A DNA stretch of 62,717 bases, the filler included. It is 5 parts of 5 records of this genome, joined end to end, with 100 filler letters (N's around TTAATTAATTAA, not from the genome) between each part and the next. Parts side by side here need not be neighbours in the genome. Positions count along the whole stretch, not along the records: positions 1 to 20,479 come from SRR22947727_9; 4 more parts are not named here. One strand, 5' to 3'. Under the pieces are notes generated by a model. The model was not told the DNA's origin and searched no databases. It saw only the letters and a list, made by a program, of their open reading frames with translations. Below are positions 1-9,194 of the stretch, piece after piece. The position numbers and the translations under genes were made by a program. Numbering within the stretch: position 1 is the first letter of the stretch; each line of letters opens with the position of its first letter.

Positions 1-424
1 TAATTTTTTTCATCTTAATAATTTTTTTAATCATCGATATACAAATTTTTTCTATTTTTATATATATTTCTTTTGCGGAGCCGTTAAGCAACAAATCATT
101 TTTCAGACAAACATCTCCAGTATCAATTTTTTCATTTATCTTGAATGCGGAAATTTTAGTTTTTTTAACTCCTCTAAAAATTTGATTTTGGATTGGAGAA
201 CCACCTCTAAACTTTGGCAAATCAGAAGAGTGAAATTGAATGCATAAAAATTTATTATAAATATTAGATTTTATTTTTTTTGACCAAAAAATAAAAAAAA
301 TTATTTTAGGTTTAACTTTGTTTAATTGTCGATAATTAATTTTATTAGAAAAATAAATATTATTTTTTAAATTTTTAAAGTTTTTTTTTCCCCATTTTTT
401 CTTTGATATAATTAAATAACTCAT
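1..424 (-). CDS. Sugar N-formyltransferase (Fmt-like), 3' end outside the window; not in the ORF track
   Basis: Manual translation from ATG at 424 (ATGA overlap with upstream stop): MSYLIISKKKWGKK...IFFIFWSKKI...CIQFHSSDLPKFRGGSPIQNQ, the formyltransferase HxSxLPxxRGxxP motif. Confidence 0.85.
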   Translation of the reverse strand, partial: MSYLIISKKKWGKKNFKNLKNNIYFSNKINYRQLNKVKPKIIFFIFWSKKIKSNIYNKFLCIQFHSSDLPKFRGGSPIQNQIFRGVKKTKISAFKINEKIDTGDVCLKNDLLLNGSAKEIYIKIEKICISMIKKIIKMKKI

Positions 425-1071
425 TTAACTTTAATTAATTTGATAATAAATTTTTTGTTTTTGAATAAAAAAAAAGCAGGATAATTTTCGAAATCACTTA
501 CTCTAATTAAATTAAATTGTGATTTTAAATTTTTGCTTATATTGATTCGACTATGTTCGGGTTTTCTGACTTTATAGTATGTTGCTTTACCAACTTGTTT
601 CTTTGATTTTGGACTTGATTTATTTTTTTTTAAAAAACTTAAAAATTTTTTAATTAAAAAAATACTATTTTTATATTGTACTTTTTTTATCTCATCAAAA
701 ATTAGAGTCTCATCAATAATAACTTTTTTTTTATAATAAATATTTCCACTGTCCATTTTTTCATTTGCTTCTATCAGACAAAATACAACTTTTTTTTTAT
801 TTTTTAAAATATCCCAGGTAATCGGCGACATACCTCTTCCTTTTGGTAAGTCTGATTCATGAGTGACTAGGTTATATCTTGATTTTTTTAAAAATCTTTT
901 ACTAATAATTGTAAAGTAACTAAAAATAATACATACATCGTATTCATTCTTTAATTTTTTATGATTATTAAAAATTAATATTTTATTTGAAAAATTGGCT
1001 AAGTCTTTTTTTATATTTTTTATATATTTATTTGCCCAAGAGTTTTTATCTATTAATAACTGGATTTTCAT
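421..1071 (-). CDS. Sugar N-formyltransferase (Fmt-like)
   Basis: HESDLPKGRGMSP and MDSGNIY motifs; C-terminal LIRVSDFENYPAFF. Confidence 0.85.
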   Translation of the reverse strand: MKIQLLIDKNSWANKYIKNIKKDLANFSNKILIFNNHKKLKNEYDVCIIFSYFTIISKRFLKKSRYNLVTHESDLPKGRGMSPITWDILKNKKKVVFCLIEANEKMDSGNIYYKKKVIIDETLIFDEIKKVQYKNSIFLIKKFLSFLKKNKSSPKSKKQVGKATYYKVRKPEHSRINISKNLKSQFNLIRVSDFENYPAFFLFKNKKFIIKLIKVK

Positions 1072-1113
1072 ATATATGTTTAATATATTAAATATATATG
1101 TTTAATATATTAA
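1070..1113. repeat. Perfect 22-bp tandem duplication (ATATATATGTTTAATATATTAA x2) filling a divergent intergenic region
   Basis: Units at 1070-1091 and 1092-1113; palindrome TTTAATATATTAAA at 1079-1092 and 1101-1114. Confidence 0.9.
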
Positions 1114-1116
1114 ATA

Positions 1117-1308
1117 ATGAGTAAAAATAACAACTATACTAAACTTATAAACAAGGTTCAGAAAATAAGATCAAGAAATAATATTAATTGGATGAATATT
1201 TTAAGGTTAGCCTTTAGATTTGCCCCAAAAGAAGCAGCTAGTTTGATGAAAAAAATCAATTCTGATGATAAAAAAATATCAATTCTTTTAAAAAAATTAT
1301 CAAAATAA
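1117..1308 (+). CDS. Small hypothetical protein upstream of pseC
   Basis: 63-aa ORF co-oriented with and 9 bp before pseC; IRSRNNINWMNILRLAF segment looks like real coding sequence. Confidence 0.65.
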   Translation: MSKNNNYTKLINKVQKIRSRNNINWMNILRLAFRFAPKEAASLMKKINSDDKKISILLKKLSK

Positions 1309-1317
1309 TCTTTTTAA

Positions 1318-2499
1318 ATGAACAAATTTATTCCTTATGGAAGACAAAAAATATTTAGATCTGATTTTATAGAAGTACAGAAAGCTCTTAAATCTAATTT
1401 ATTATCTGCAGGAGAATATGTAACTAAATTTGAAAAATTATTTAGTGAATATACTAATTCAAAATACGTATTATCTTGCACCAGCGGAACTGCAGCCATA
1501 CATTTAGCATTAGAGTCAATCAATTTAAAAAAAAATGACAACATAATAATTCCAGCTGTTAATTTTATTGCAGCAGCTAATTTATCTAGAAAACTCCAGG
1601 CCAATATTTATCTTGCAGATGTTGACGAGTTAACAGGAAAAATGAGACCAATAGATTTAATAAATTGCATAAAAAAATTTAAATTAAAAAAATTAAAAGC
1701 CTTTTTTATTATGCATAATGGAGGTAACCCAGAGTATGTAAAAGAATTTTATAGTATAAAAAAAAAAATTAATGCTTTTTTGATAGAAGACGCTTGTCAT
1801 GCTTTGGGCGCATCTTATAATTTAAGTCAAAATAAAAATGTTAAAGTTGGTAGTTGTAAATACTCAGATATTACAGTCTTTTCATTGCACCCACTAAAAT
1901 CGATAACAACAGGTGAGGGAGGTATAGTTACAACATCAAATAGAGAAATTTTTAACAAGCTACAGCTGTTAAGAAACCATGGTATTAAAAGAAAAAAAAG
2001 TACTCCAAAAAAATATTATTGGTCTTATGATGTTTTGCTACCAGCTTATAATTATAGATTAAGTGATTTAAATTGTGCTCTAGGCTGTTCCCAATTGAAA
2101 AATATTAATAAACTTATTAGAAAAAGAAGAGAAATAGCTATGTATTATTCTAAAAAGTTTAGCAATCTAAAAAACATAATAAAATTTTCTGATCTTAAAA
2201 AAAATATTAATTCTGCATGGCATCTTTACATAATTAATATTAATTTTAATAAATTAAAAATAAATAAAGAATATTTAATTAATAAACTTTATAACAAAAA
2301 AATAATTGTTCAAGTTCATTATATTCCAACATTTTTGCAAACAGTTTTCAAAAAAAAAATAAAACAACGTGATTATTCTAATTCTTTAAAATATTTTAAA
2401 AACTCACTAAGCCTACCTATCTTTTATGATTTAAAAAAAAAACAACAAGATTACATTATTAAAAATTTAAGAAGTATTCTGGAAAACAATGTAAGATAA
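1318..2499 (+). CDS. pseC: UDP-4-amino-4,6-dideoxy-N-acetyl-beta-L-altrosamine transaminase (DegT/DnrJ family, PseC-like)
   Basis: IPYGRQ start, EDACHALG, FSLHPLKSITTGEGG (PLP lysine), NYRLSD, VQVHYIP; next to pseF and pseB. Confidence 0.85.
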   Translation: MNKFIPYGRQKIFRSDFIEVQKALKSNLLSAGEYVTKFEKLFSEYTNSKYVLSCTSGTAAIHLALESINLKKNDNIIIPAVNFIAAANLSRKLQANIYLADVDELTGKMRPIDLINCIKKFKLKKLKAFFIMHNGGNPEYVKEFYSIKKKINAFLIEDACHALGASYNLSQNKNVKVGSCKYSDITVFSLHPLKSITTGEGGIVTTSNREIFNKLQLLRNHGIKRKKSTPKKYYWSYDVLLPAYNYRLSDLNCALGCSQLKNINKLIRKRREIAMYYSKKFSNLKNIIKFSDLKKNINSAWHLYIININFNKLKINKEYLINKLYNKKIIVQVHYIPTFLQTVFKKKIKQRDYSNSLKYFKNSLSLPIFYDLKKKQQDYIIKNLRSILENNVR

Positions 2500-2508
2500 A
2501 AATTCTTA

Positions 2509-3189
2509 ATGATAATTTGTGTTATACCCGCTAGAGGAGGCAGTAAAAGAATAAAAAATAAAAATATTAAAATATTTAATGGAAAACCAATTATTTCTCA
2601 AACTCTTGAAAAAATAAAAAAATCTAATATTTTTGACGAGATTATTGTGTCTAGCGATAGCAAAAAAATATTAGATATTTCTAAAAAAAGTGGGGTAACT
2701 CCTTACTTTAGATCAAAAAACTTATCCAAAGACAATGTTCCCACAAGTCTAGTTGTTGTTGATGTAATAAACAATTTGAAAGAACAAGGAAAAAAACCAA
2801 TTAAAATATGTTGTATTTATCCTACTTCAGTTTTTTTTAAGGAACTTGATTTAGTTAAAGCAAATAAAATGCTTACTAAAAAAGTAAATTTCATTTTTTC
2901 TGCTGTAAAGTATAATCATCCAATTCAAAGAAGTTTTTATAAAAAAAAAAATAAAATAATTATGAATTATAAAAAAACAGAAAAAATTCAAACTCAAAAA
3001 TTTTCTGTATCATACTATGATGCTGCTCAATTTTATTTTGGTTGGTGTTCAGCATGGGAAAAAAAGTTATCTTTTTTTAAAGGAAAAAATAAATTTATTG
3101 AATATAATGAATTAATGGTACAAGATATTGATAACAATGATGATTGGCAAAAAGCAAAAATTAAATTTAATTTTTTAAACAAAAGATAA
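2509..3189 (+). CDS. pseF: Pseudaminic acid cytidylyltransferase
   Basis: IPARGGSKRIKNKN, CCIYPTS, HPIQRS, YDAAQFY, QDIDNNDDW. Confidence 0.85.
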   Translation: MIICVIPARGGSKRIKNKNIKIFNGKPIISQTLEKIKKSNIFDEIIVSSDSKKILDISKKSGVTPYFRSKNLSKDNVPTSLVVVDVINNLKEQGKKPIKICCIYPTSVFFKELDLVKANKMLTKKVNFIFSAVKYNHPIQRSFYKKKNKIIMNYKKTEKIQTQKFSVSYYDAAQFYFGWCSAWEKKLSFFKGKNKFIEYNELMVQDIDNNDDWQKAKIKFNFLNKR

Positions 3190-4182
3190 TTTTTTAATTT
3201 CTTTTAAAGATAAAAACCTATTATTTTTTCCAGAAGAATACTCAAAGTTGTATGGTACTTTTTTTCCAATCTCTTTGTTGTAAATTTTGTAATTTGTTTT
3301 TAATTTATTAAATTGTATTGATGGTTTAATTACAAAAAACTTTTTAAACTCATAAACGTCATTATAATTTTCATTTGAACATAAAATTTCATGAATTTTT
3401 TCACCCGGTCTTAACCCAATAATTTTGATCTTATTGTTTGGACATATAACCTTGGGAAGATCAATTATTTTAACTGAAGGTATCTTAGGAACAAATATTT
3501 CCCCACCTTTCATTAAGTTAATACACGATAAAACAAACTCTACACTTTGATTTAGAGTAATCCAAAATCTTGTCATTTTTTCATCTGTTATTGGTATGGC
3601 TGATTTAGTTTTCGATAGTGATTTTATTAATGGTACAATAGACCCTCTTGAATTTAAAACATTTCCATACCTAACTATTGAAAATGAGAGGTTTTTGTTC
3701 CCTACCAAATTGTTAGCAGCGATAAATAATTTGTCTGAAACTAATTTTGTTGCACCGTACAGATTTACAGGGTTCGCTGCTTTATCAGTCGAAAGAGCAA
3801 TTAACCTAGAAACTTTGGAGTTTAAACATGCTTCTATGAGATTTTCAGCCCCTACTACATTAGTTTTAACAAATTCTTGAGGATTGTATTCTGCAGTATC
3901 TACTTGTTTTAACGCAGCAGCGTGAACAACCAAGTCAACACCATTTAAAGCAATTTTTAGTCTATTTAAATCTCTAACATCACCAATAAAAAATCTCAGA
4001 AATTTCAGTTGGGAGGAGGAAAATTCTTTTTTCATTTCAGATTGCTTAAATTCATCTCTTGAATATATAATGATCTTATTTGGTTTTTTTTTGTTATTTA
4101 GCAAAACTTCAGTTAATTTTTTTCCAAATGATCCTGTTCCACCTGTTATAAGTATTGTTTTATTGTTTAAAATATTTTTCAT
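3175..4182 (-). CDS. pseB: UDP-N-acetylglucosamine 4,6-dehydratase (inverting)
   Basis: TGGTGSFG, SRDEFKQ, HAAALKQV, STDKAANPVNLYGATK, RYGNV, MTRFWI, RPGEKIHE. Confidence 0.93.
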   Translation of the reverse strand: MKNILNNKTILITGGTGSFGKKLTEVLLNNKKKPNKIIIYSRDEFKQSEMKKEFSSSQLKFLRFFIGDVRDLNRLKIALNGVDLVVHAAALKQVDTAEYNPQEFVKTNVVGAENLIEACLNSKVSRLIALSTDKAANPVNLYGATKLVSDKLFIAANNLVGNKNLSFSIVRYGNVLNSRGSIVPLIKSLSKTKSAIPITDEKMTRFWITLNQSVEFVLSCINLMKGGEIFVPKIPSVKIIDLPKVICPNNKIKIIGLRPGEKIHEILCSNENYNDVYEFKKFFVIKPSIQFNKLKTNYKIYNKEIGKKVPYNFEYSSGKNNRFLSLKEIKKLSFV

Positions 4183-4190
4183 AATTTATT

Positions 4191-4207
4191 TGTTCATTAT
4201 TTGAACA
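4191..4207. promoter_or_regulatory. Palindromic operator-like site TGTTCA-TTATT-TGAACA just upstream of pseB
   Basis: Perfect 6-bp arms with 5-bp spacer; same motif recurs at five other intergenic sites. Confidence 0.7.
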
Positions 4208-4260
4208 TTATCAATATAATTATAAATGTAAAGATAAAGATAAGGTTTGGGTTATCTTTT

Positions 4261-5949
4261 TTAAATTTTTGCAATAAAAAATAAGTTTAATAATTGCCAA
4301 AAAGTATAACCACTATCAATTCTATTATCTTTAAATTTTATCCAATCATTTAATATTTTGGTTTTTGATAAATATGGATATTTATTATATAAAAATTTAT
4401 CTTTTATAATATTTTGTGCAAAGTCACTTAATTTACCAGATCTTAACCAAATATTTTGCGGGTGGGTTACATGTTGTTTTGGCTCAAGCCAATTCTTTTT
4501 ATATTTTGAATTTTTTTGCATATAATTTCTTATTAAATATTTATCTACTTTATTAGGCAAAATGCTTAAAGAGCAAGCGTTCATAACAAATTCTTTATCT
4601 AAAAAAGGTAATCTCATTTCAACTGAACTGGACATTGATACTCTATCCATAAAATGTGTTGATCTAGGAATTCTATATTTAAAAAAATAATTACCTCTTA
4701 TTTCATCCTCATAAAATGAATTATTTTTCAAGTAATTTGAATTATTAATACTAGTGTTATCTAAAAGAGAAAATTTACTTTTAGTAATAAGTTTACTTCT
4801 TATTGATTTGTATGATCCTAGAGCCTCATCTAATCCAAATCCAGAAAATAAAATATCAAAACCATCTTTTTTTACAGTTTCACAAAGTTTAAACATTCCA
4901 AATAGCATAATTCCTCCTATTGGACCTTCATTTTTAATTACATATTTTTCAAAATTATTAATTACAAAATCTTCAGATATTAAAACTCTTTTTATTTTTT
5001 TTTGGTAAGACTCAACAAATCTTTTTGCGTCATTAAATTCATAGATCCCATTTTCAAAATCAATTGTATAAGATAGTATTTCATAATTTACTTTAGAGTT
5101 TGAAAAAAGCGTATGAGCAATAGCCTGAGAGTCAATGCCTGATGAAAGTGATATTGCAAATTTTTTATCTGCAATTGCATGTTCTAAAATATTTTTTTTA
5201 AATAAATTTATAAATTTTATTTCATTAGTTTTTTTATTATTTTTTAAGATATTATGTTTTGTAAAATATTTACGAAAAAAAATTTTCTTATTAGCAATTA
5301 AACCATATTCACCCGGAAATACTTGATTAACATTTTTAAAAAATGTTTTTCTTTGATAAAAATATTCATTTTTTAAAAAATATTCTTTGCAAATTTGTTG
5401 ATTTATATTTGAATTATTATTTATCAAATTTAAAATAGGTTTTATTTCACTAGACAAAATAATCTTTTTATCATCATCTAGATAGTAGAGTGGCTTTTGC
5501 CCAAAGTGATCTCTAGAAAAATAAATTTTTACGTCATGCCCTTTTTCTTTTAAAAGCGCAAAACTGAACATGCCTTTAAGCATATCAAATTTAAAAAATT
5601 TATCTTCATTAGTTATTAAATGATCTAATAAAACTTCGGTGTCTCCTCTAGTTTTAAATTTTGTTTTTTTTTGAAGATTTTTTTTTATTTTTTTAAAGTT
5701 ATAGATTTCTCCATTATACAATAAATAGAATTTATTATTTTTTTTATTTTTGATCATCGGTTGATTAGATCTAGAATAAAGATCTTGAATATTAAGCCTA
5801 CAATGAAATAAAAATATGTTTTTTTTTATAATTTTTTTTTTGTGATCAGGACCTCTGTGTAAAAGATATTCTGTAGCTAGGTTTATTTTTTTAATTTCTT
5901 TCTTGCTAAAAGAATTATTTTTTTTAATGTATAAAAGAAATCCACACAC
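4261..5949 (-). CDS. Asparagine synthase-like glutamine amidotransferase (sugar amidation)
   Basis: N-terminal (M)CG Ntn cysteine, HRGPD, NGEIYN, RDHFGQKPLYY, LSSGIDS, E.RLPFLD. Confidence 0.88.
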   Translation of the reverse strand: MCGFLLYIKKNNSFSKKEIKKINLATEYLLHRGPDHKKKIIKKNIFLFHCRLNIQDLYSRSNQPMIKNKKNNKFYLLYNGEIYNFKKIKKNLQKKTKFKTRGDTEVLLDHLITNEDKFFKFDMLKGMFSFALLKEKGHDVKIYFSRDHFGQKPLYYLDDDKKIILSSEIKPILNLINNNSNINQQICKEYFLKNEYFYQRKTFFKNVNQVFPGEYGLIANKKIFFRKYFTKHNILKNNKKTNEIKFINLFKKNILEHAIADKKFAISLSSGIDSQAIAHTLFSNSKVNYEILSYTIDFENGIYEFNDAKRFVESYQKKIKRVLISEDFVINNFEKYVIKNEGPIGGIMLFGMFKLCETVKKDGFDILFSGFGLDEALGSYKSIRSKLITKSKFSLLDNTSINNSNYLKNNSFYEDEIRGNYFFKYRIPRSTHFMDRVSMSSSVEMRLPFLDKEFVMNACSLSILPNKVDKYLIRNYMQKNSKYKKNWLEPKQHVTHPQNIWLRSGKLSDFAQNIIKDKFLYNKYPYLSKTKILNDWIKFKDNRIDSGYTFWQLLNLFFIAKI

Positions 5950-5954
5950 AATTT

Positions 5955-6638
5955 TTATTTGTTTTTAAAATAATTTTTAAGTAAAACTAAATCCTCTTTA
6001 CTATCTAGGTCAACAGCAAACTTGCCGTTCATAACAATATGTTTTGTTTTACCTCCATGCAAAGAGTTTGATTTAAATAAAGTAGATATTTTAGTAAAAT
6101 ACATTGACCCTTGCCTTAAATACAGTTTTGGGTAACTTTGTCTACCTGTAAAAGCATTTTTATAGTTTTTAGTAAAATAAATAACTCTATTTGTGTATTT
6201 ATGCATCAATAGCGGATGCTGTTTAACAATCTTAGCGCTAATGATTGAGTCGCATAAATTTTTTTTTAATATTCTAAAAGCTTGTACAAATTTCTCTCCT
6301 TCTCGAAATGGACTAGTTGGCTGTAGTAAAAGTAGAAATTTATATTCTTTGTAATTTTTTAGTCTTTTGATTTCAAATTTTACATAGTCAATTGCTCTAG
6401 AATTATCTTTAGAAAGCTTTTTAGGCCTCAAAAGTTTGCCAAATTTATAATATTTGTTTGCTAAATTTAAATATTTTTTACTGTCAGTACTAAATATAAT
6501 TTTGTTTATAAATTTTAATTTTTTTGCAAATCGAATAGAATAATAAATTAATGGTTTACCATTGAATTTTTTAATATTTTTGTGTTTTATTTCTTTTGAG
6601 CCTGATCGTGCAGGTATAATACACAAAACTTTATTCAT
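5955..6638 (-). CDS. neuA: Acylneuraminate (nonulosonate) cytidylyltransferase
   Basis: IPARSGSKEIKHKN, STDS, LLQPTSPFR, VDLDSKEDL. Confidence 0.85.
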   Translation of the reverse strand: MNKVLCIIPARSGSKEIKHKNIKKFNGKPLIYYSIRFAKKLKFINKIIFSTDSKKYLNLANKYYKFGKLLRPKKLSKDNSRAIDYVKFEIKRLKNYKEYKFLLLLQPTSPFREGEKFVQAFRILKKNLCDSIISAKIVKQHPLLMHKYTNRVIYFTKNYKNAFTGRQSYPKLYLRQGSMYFTKISTLFKSNSLHGGKTKHIVMNGKFAVDLDSKEDLVLLKNYFKNK

Positions 6639-7803
6639 TAAAGTTTATAAAAAATTTTTTTGTTATTTTTGGATTAAGATGTTCTAAAATTTTTGTTATT
6701 TTTTTACTAGAATTTCCTGAACCATATAATTTACTAGGACTATATTTTTTTATTTTTATTTGTTCGTCAATAGCTTTTTTTATTTGAAGGTAATTTTCTT
6801 TTACATCCAAAACATTTTTACTTCTTTCTCTGTGAATTTGTCTATTTCCTATATTTACAACTGGTACTCCTAAATAAGAGGCCTCTCTAATTCCGCTTGA
6901 AGAATTTCCTATTAAACACATACTTCCTTTTAAAAGTTTTAAATAATCAACTGCTTTAAAATGGCTATAAAAATTAAACTTCATATAATTATGTTTATCC
7001 ACATAATCTCCAACTTTTTTTGCAATTAAATCTGCGCCGGCATCTATGTTTGGCCAAAGCCAAATTATCTGTTTCTTGAAATACCTTAACGCTTTGCAGG
7101 TTTCCAAAACAAGCTTTAAATTATTTTTATAATTTGTTGTATCTGGGTGTAATAAAACCATAAAATATTCTTTTTTCAAATCAACTTTATATCTTCTTCC
7201 ATAATTATAATCTGATAAATTTACTTTTTTTTTAAAATTTATTTTTTTTATTAGGTCAATTGAAGGACAGCCAACATTGTAAACGTTTTTTGGGTTTTCT
7301 CCCATTTGAATAATTATTTTTTTCGATCTAGAGGTATTTGGAAAATGAAAATCAGAAAGCTTTGTTAATGAATGCCGTATTTTTTCATCAATAGTTCCTG
7401 TTAATTCACCCCCCATTATATGGCAGATAGATATATTTAAATAACTAGCTGTCATACCAACAGCTAATGTTTCAAATCTATCACCACTAATAAGGATTAG
7501 GTCTGGTTTTAGTTTTGAAAGGATTGAAGAAAGTTCTAATATCAGTAATCCAGTAGACTTTATCATGCTTTGATTATTTTCTCCTGCAATATGGGAATAA
7601 AATTCATAATCTATTTTGAAATTATCTCTTTTGATTTCTTCTGTTACGTTTCCATATTTTGAAAGAATTGATGAAGAGCCAGCAATAAGCGACAGCTTTA
7701 GTTTTTTACTTTTTTTTATTTCTTCAAGCACAGGCTTTAACCTTGCATAATTAGATCTATTTATAATTATTACAGAAATCTTTTTTAATTTATATCTTGC
7801 CAT
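6631..7803 (-). CDS. neuC: UDP-N-acetylglucosamine 2-epimerase (hydrolysing), NeuC/LegG family
   Basis: GDRFE, GGELTGTIDEKIRH, GCPSID, WPNIDAG, GNSSSGIREA, GNRQ. Confidence 0.88.
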   Translation of the reverse strand: MARYKLKKISVIIINRSNYARLKPVLEEIKKSKKLKLSLIAGSSSILSKYGNVTEEIKRDNFKIDYEFYSHIAGENNQSMIKSTGLLILELSSILSKLKPDLILISGDRFETLAVGMTASYLNISICHIMGGELTGTIDEKIRHSLTKLSDFHFPNTSRSKKIIIQMGENPKNVYNVGCPSIDLIKKINFKKKVNLSDYNYGRRYKVDLKKEYFMVLLHPDTTNYKNNLKLVLETCKALRYFKKQIIWLWPNIDAGADLIAKKVGDYVDKHNYMKFNFYSHFKAVDYLKLLKGSMCLIGNSSSGIREASYLGVPVVNIGNRQIHRERSKNVLDVKENYLQIKKAIDEQIKIKKYSPSKLYGSGNSSKKITKILEHLNPKITKKFFINFNE

Positions 7804-8798
7804 TTAATAAATTGGTCTTTTTTAATCAATTTTTTAACTTTTTTTCCAATAATTTTTCTATAATCAAATGCGCTTATACCTTCTAGTGGTTTTCTAAATT
7901 TTAAATCTTCTAATTTTATTTTATGTCCTATTTTCATATTATTTGTAGACAATATAGATTTACAAAAAAATTTTCTCATAGATTTTTGATTAATAGTGAG
8001 TTTTCTTTTATTAATCTTTCCTTTAATAATTTTTTTATAATCGTTTCTAAAATTTATTATCTCTTTTAATTCATCAAAGGTTATAGAAGACTTAGCATCA
8101 GGTCCAAAAAAGGATTTATTATAAGTTACATGCGTTTCAATTATATCTGCGTTCATACAAATCCCAACTATTATAGAATTTTTATTCCCACTATGATCTG
8201 AAATACCAACATTGACTTTGTATTTTCTTTTGAAATATTTGAGAGAATTGTGCCCAACACTTTCAAGAGGGGTTGGGTACGAAGACGTACATTGCAGTAA
8301 AGTTATTTTATTTTTTATAGGTTTTATTTTTTTTATAACGACTTTGATTTCTTTTTCGTAAGTCAATCCAGTGCTTAAAACTAAAGGTTTTTTAGAATTT
8401 TTTATTATATGTTCTATTAGCGGTAAATTAGTGAACTCTCCTGATGCAATTTTCCAGGCATAAACATTTAACTTTTTTAAAGCATCAAAGCTCTCAATTG
8501 AAAAGGGAGATATAATGAATTTTAATTTTTTTTTATTTGCGTAATTAATTAAATGCTTCCATTCATTTAAATTAAATTTTGTTCTTTCCCAGTAATGATA
8601 CCTAGACTTGTCCTGATAACTAAATTTTTTTTTAAAACCTTCTTTTATAGAAGACTCTGTTTTAGCATCATGAATTTGAAATTTGACAGCATCTGCACCT
8701 GCGTTGCTTATATTGTCAATGAAACTTTTTGCTATACCCAATGAACCTTCATGGGCTAAGCCAACTTCAGCTATTATGAAAGTGTTTTTTTTAATCAT
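7785..8798 (-). CDS. neuB: N-acetylneuraminate/nonulosonate synthase family
   Basis: IIAEVGLAHEGS, AVKFQ, KIASGE, QCTSSYPT, SDHSG, C-terminal SAF-like domain. Confidence 0.88.
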   Translation of the reverse strand: MIKKNTFIIAEVGLAHEGSLGIAKSFIDNISNAGADAVKFQIHDAKTESSIKEGFKKKFSYQDKSRYHYWERTKFNLNEWKHLINYANKKKLKFIISPFSIESFDALKKLNVYAWKIASGEFTNLPLIEHIIKNSKKPLVLSTGLTYEKEIKVVIKKIKPIKNKITLLQCTSSYPTPLESVGHNSLKYFKRKYKVNVGISDHSGNKNSIIVGICMNADIIETHVTYNKSFFGPDAKSSITFDELKEIINFRNDYKKIIKGKINKRKLTINQKSMRKFFCKSILSTNNMKIGHKIKLEDLKFRKPLEGISAFDYRKIIGKKVKKLIKKDQFIKWQDIN

Positions 8799-8805
8799 TT
8801 TTTTA

Positions 8806-8822
8806 AGTTCAATTTTTGAACA
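8806..8822. promoter_or_regulatory. Operator-like palindrome AGTTCA-ATTTT-TGAACA upstream of neuB
   Basis: Matches TGTTCA-N5-TGAACA with one mismatch; in the divergent neuB/MarR intergenic region. Confidence 0.7.
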
Positions 8823-8836
8823 CTACAATATTTTTC

Positions 8837-8865
8837 TTGACCGTTCAATGTTTGAACTATATAAA
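8837..8865 (+). promoter_or_regulatory. Putative sigma70 promoter of the MarR_EPS gene with operator CGTTCA-ATGTT-TGAACT (8842-8858) occupying the spacer
   Basis: TTGACC (8837-8842), 17-bp spacer, TATAAA (8860-8865). Confidence 0.6.
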
Positions 8866-8873
8866 ATATAAAG

Positions 8874-9194
8874 ATGACTAATAATAGCATTAAAGACGAA
8901 AATAGCTTAGAATTGTTAATTCAAATAAATAAAGGCGCAAATTCGCAGAGGCAACTATCTAACGAGCTAGGTTTTAGTTTGGGTAAATTAAATTATTGTA
9001 TTAATGCTTTAAAAAACAAAGGCTTGATAAAAATTAAAAATTTTAAAAATAATAATAATAAACTAAATTATGTTTATATTTTAACTCCAAAAGGAATCAC
9101 AAAAAAAACAAAGCTTGCATTAAAATTTATGAAAAAGAAAATGACTGAATACGATCAGTTAAAAAAAGAAATAAAAATAAAAAAGGATGTTTAG
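8874..9194 (+). CDS. EPS-associated MarR family transcriptional regulator (TIGR04176-like)
   Basis: SQRQLSNELGFSLGKLNYCINALKNKGLIK...YVYILTPKGI...K...F..KKMTEYDQLKKE signature. Confidence 0.9.
   Translation: MTNNSIKDENSLELLIQINKGANSQRQLSNELGFSLGKLNYCINALKNKGLIKIKNFKNNNNKLNYVYILTPKGITKKTKLALKFMKKKMTEYDQLKKEIKIKKDV

Noticed and set aside
421-1071. Methionyl-tRNA formyltransferase (fmt)
   Set aside because: Short, tandem paralogs in a sugar cluster; sugar formyltransferases are more likely
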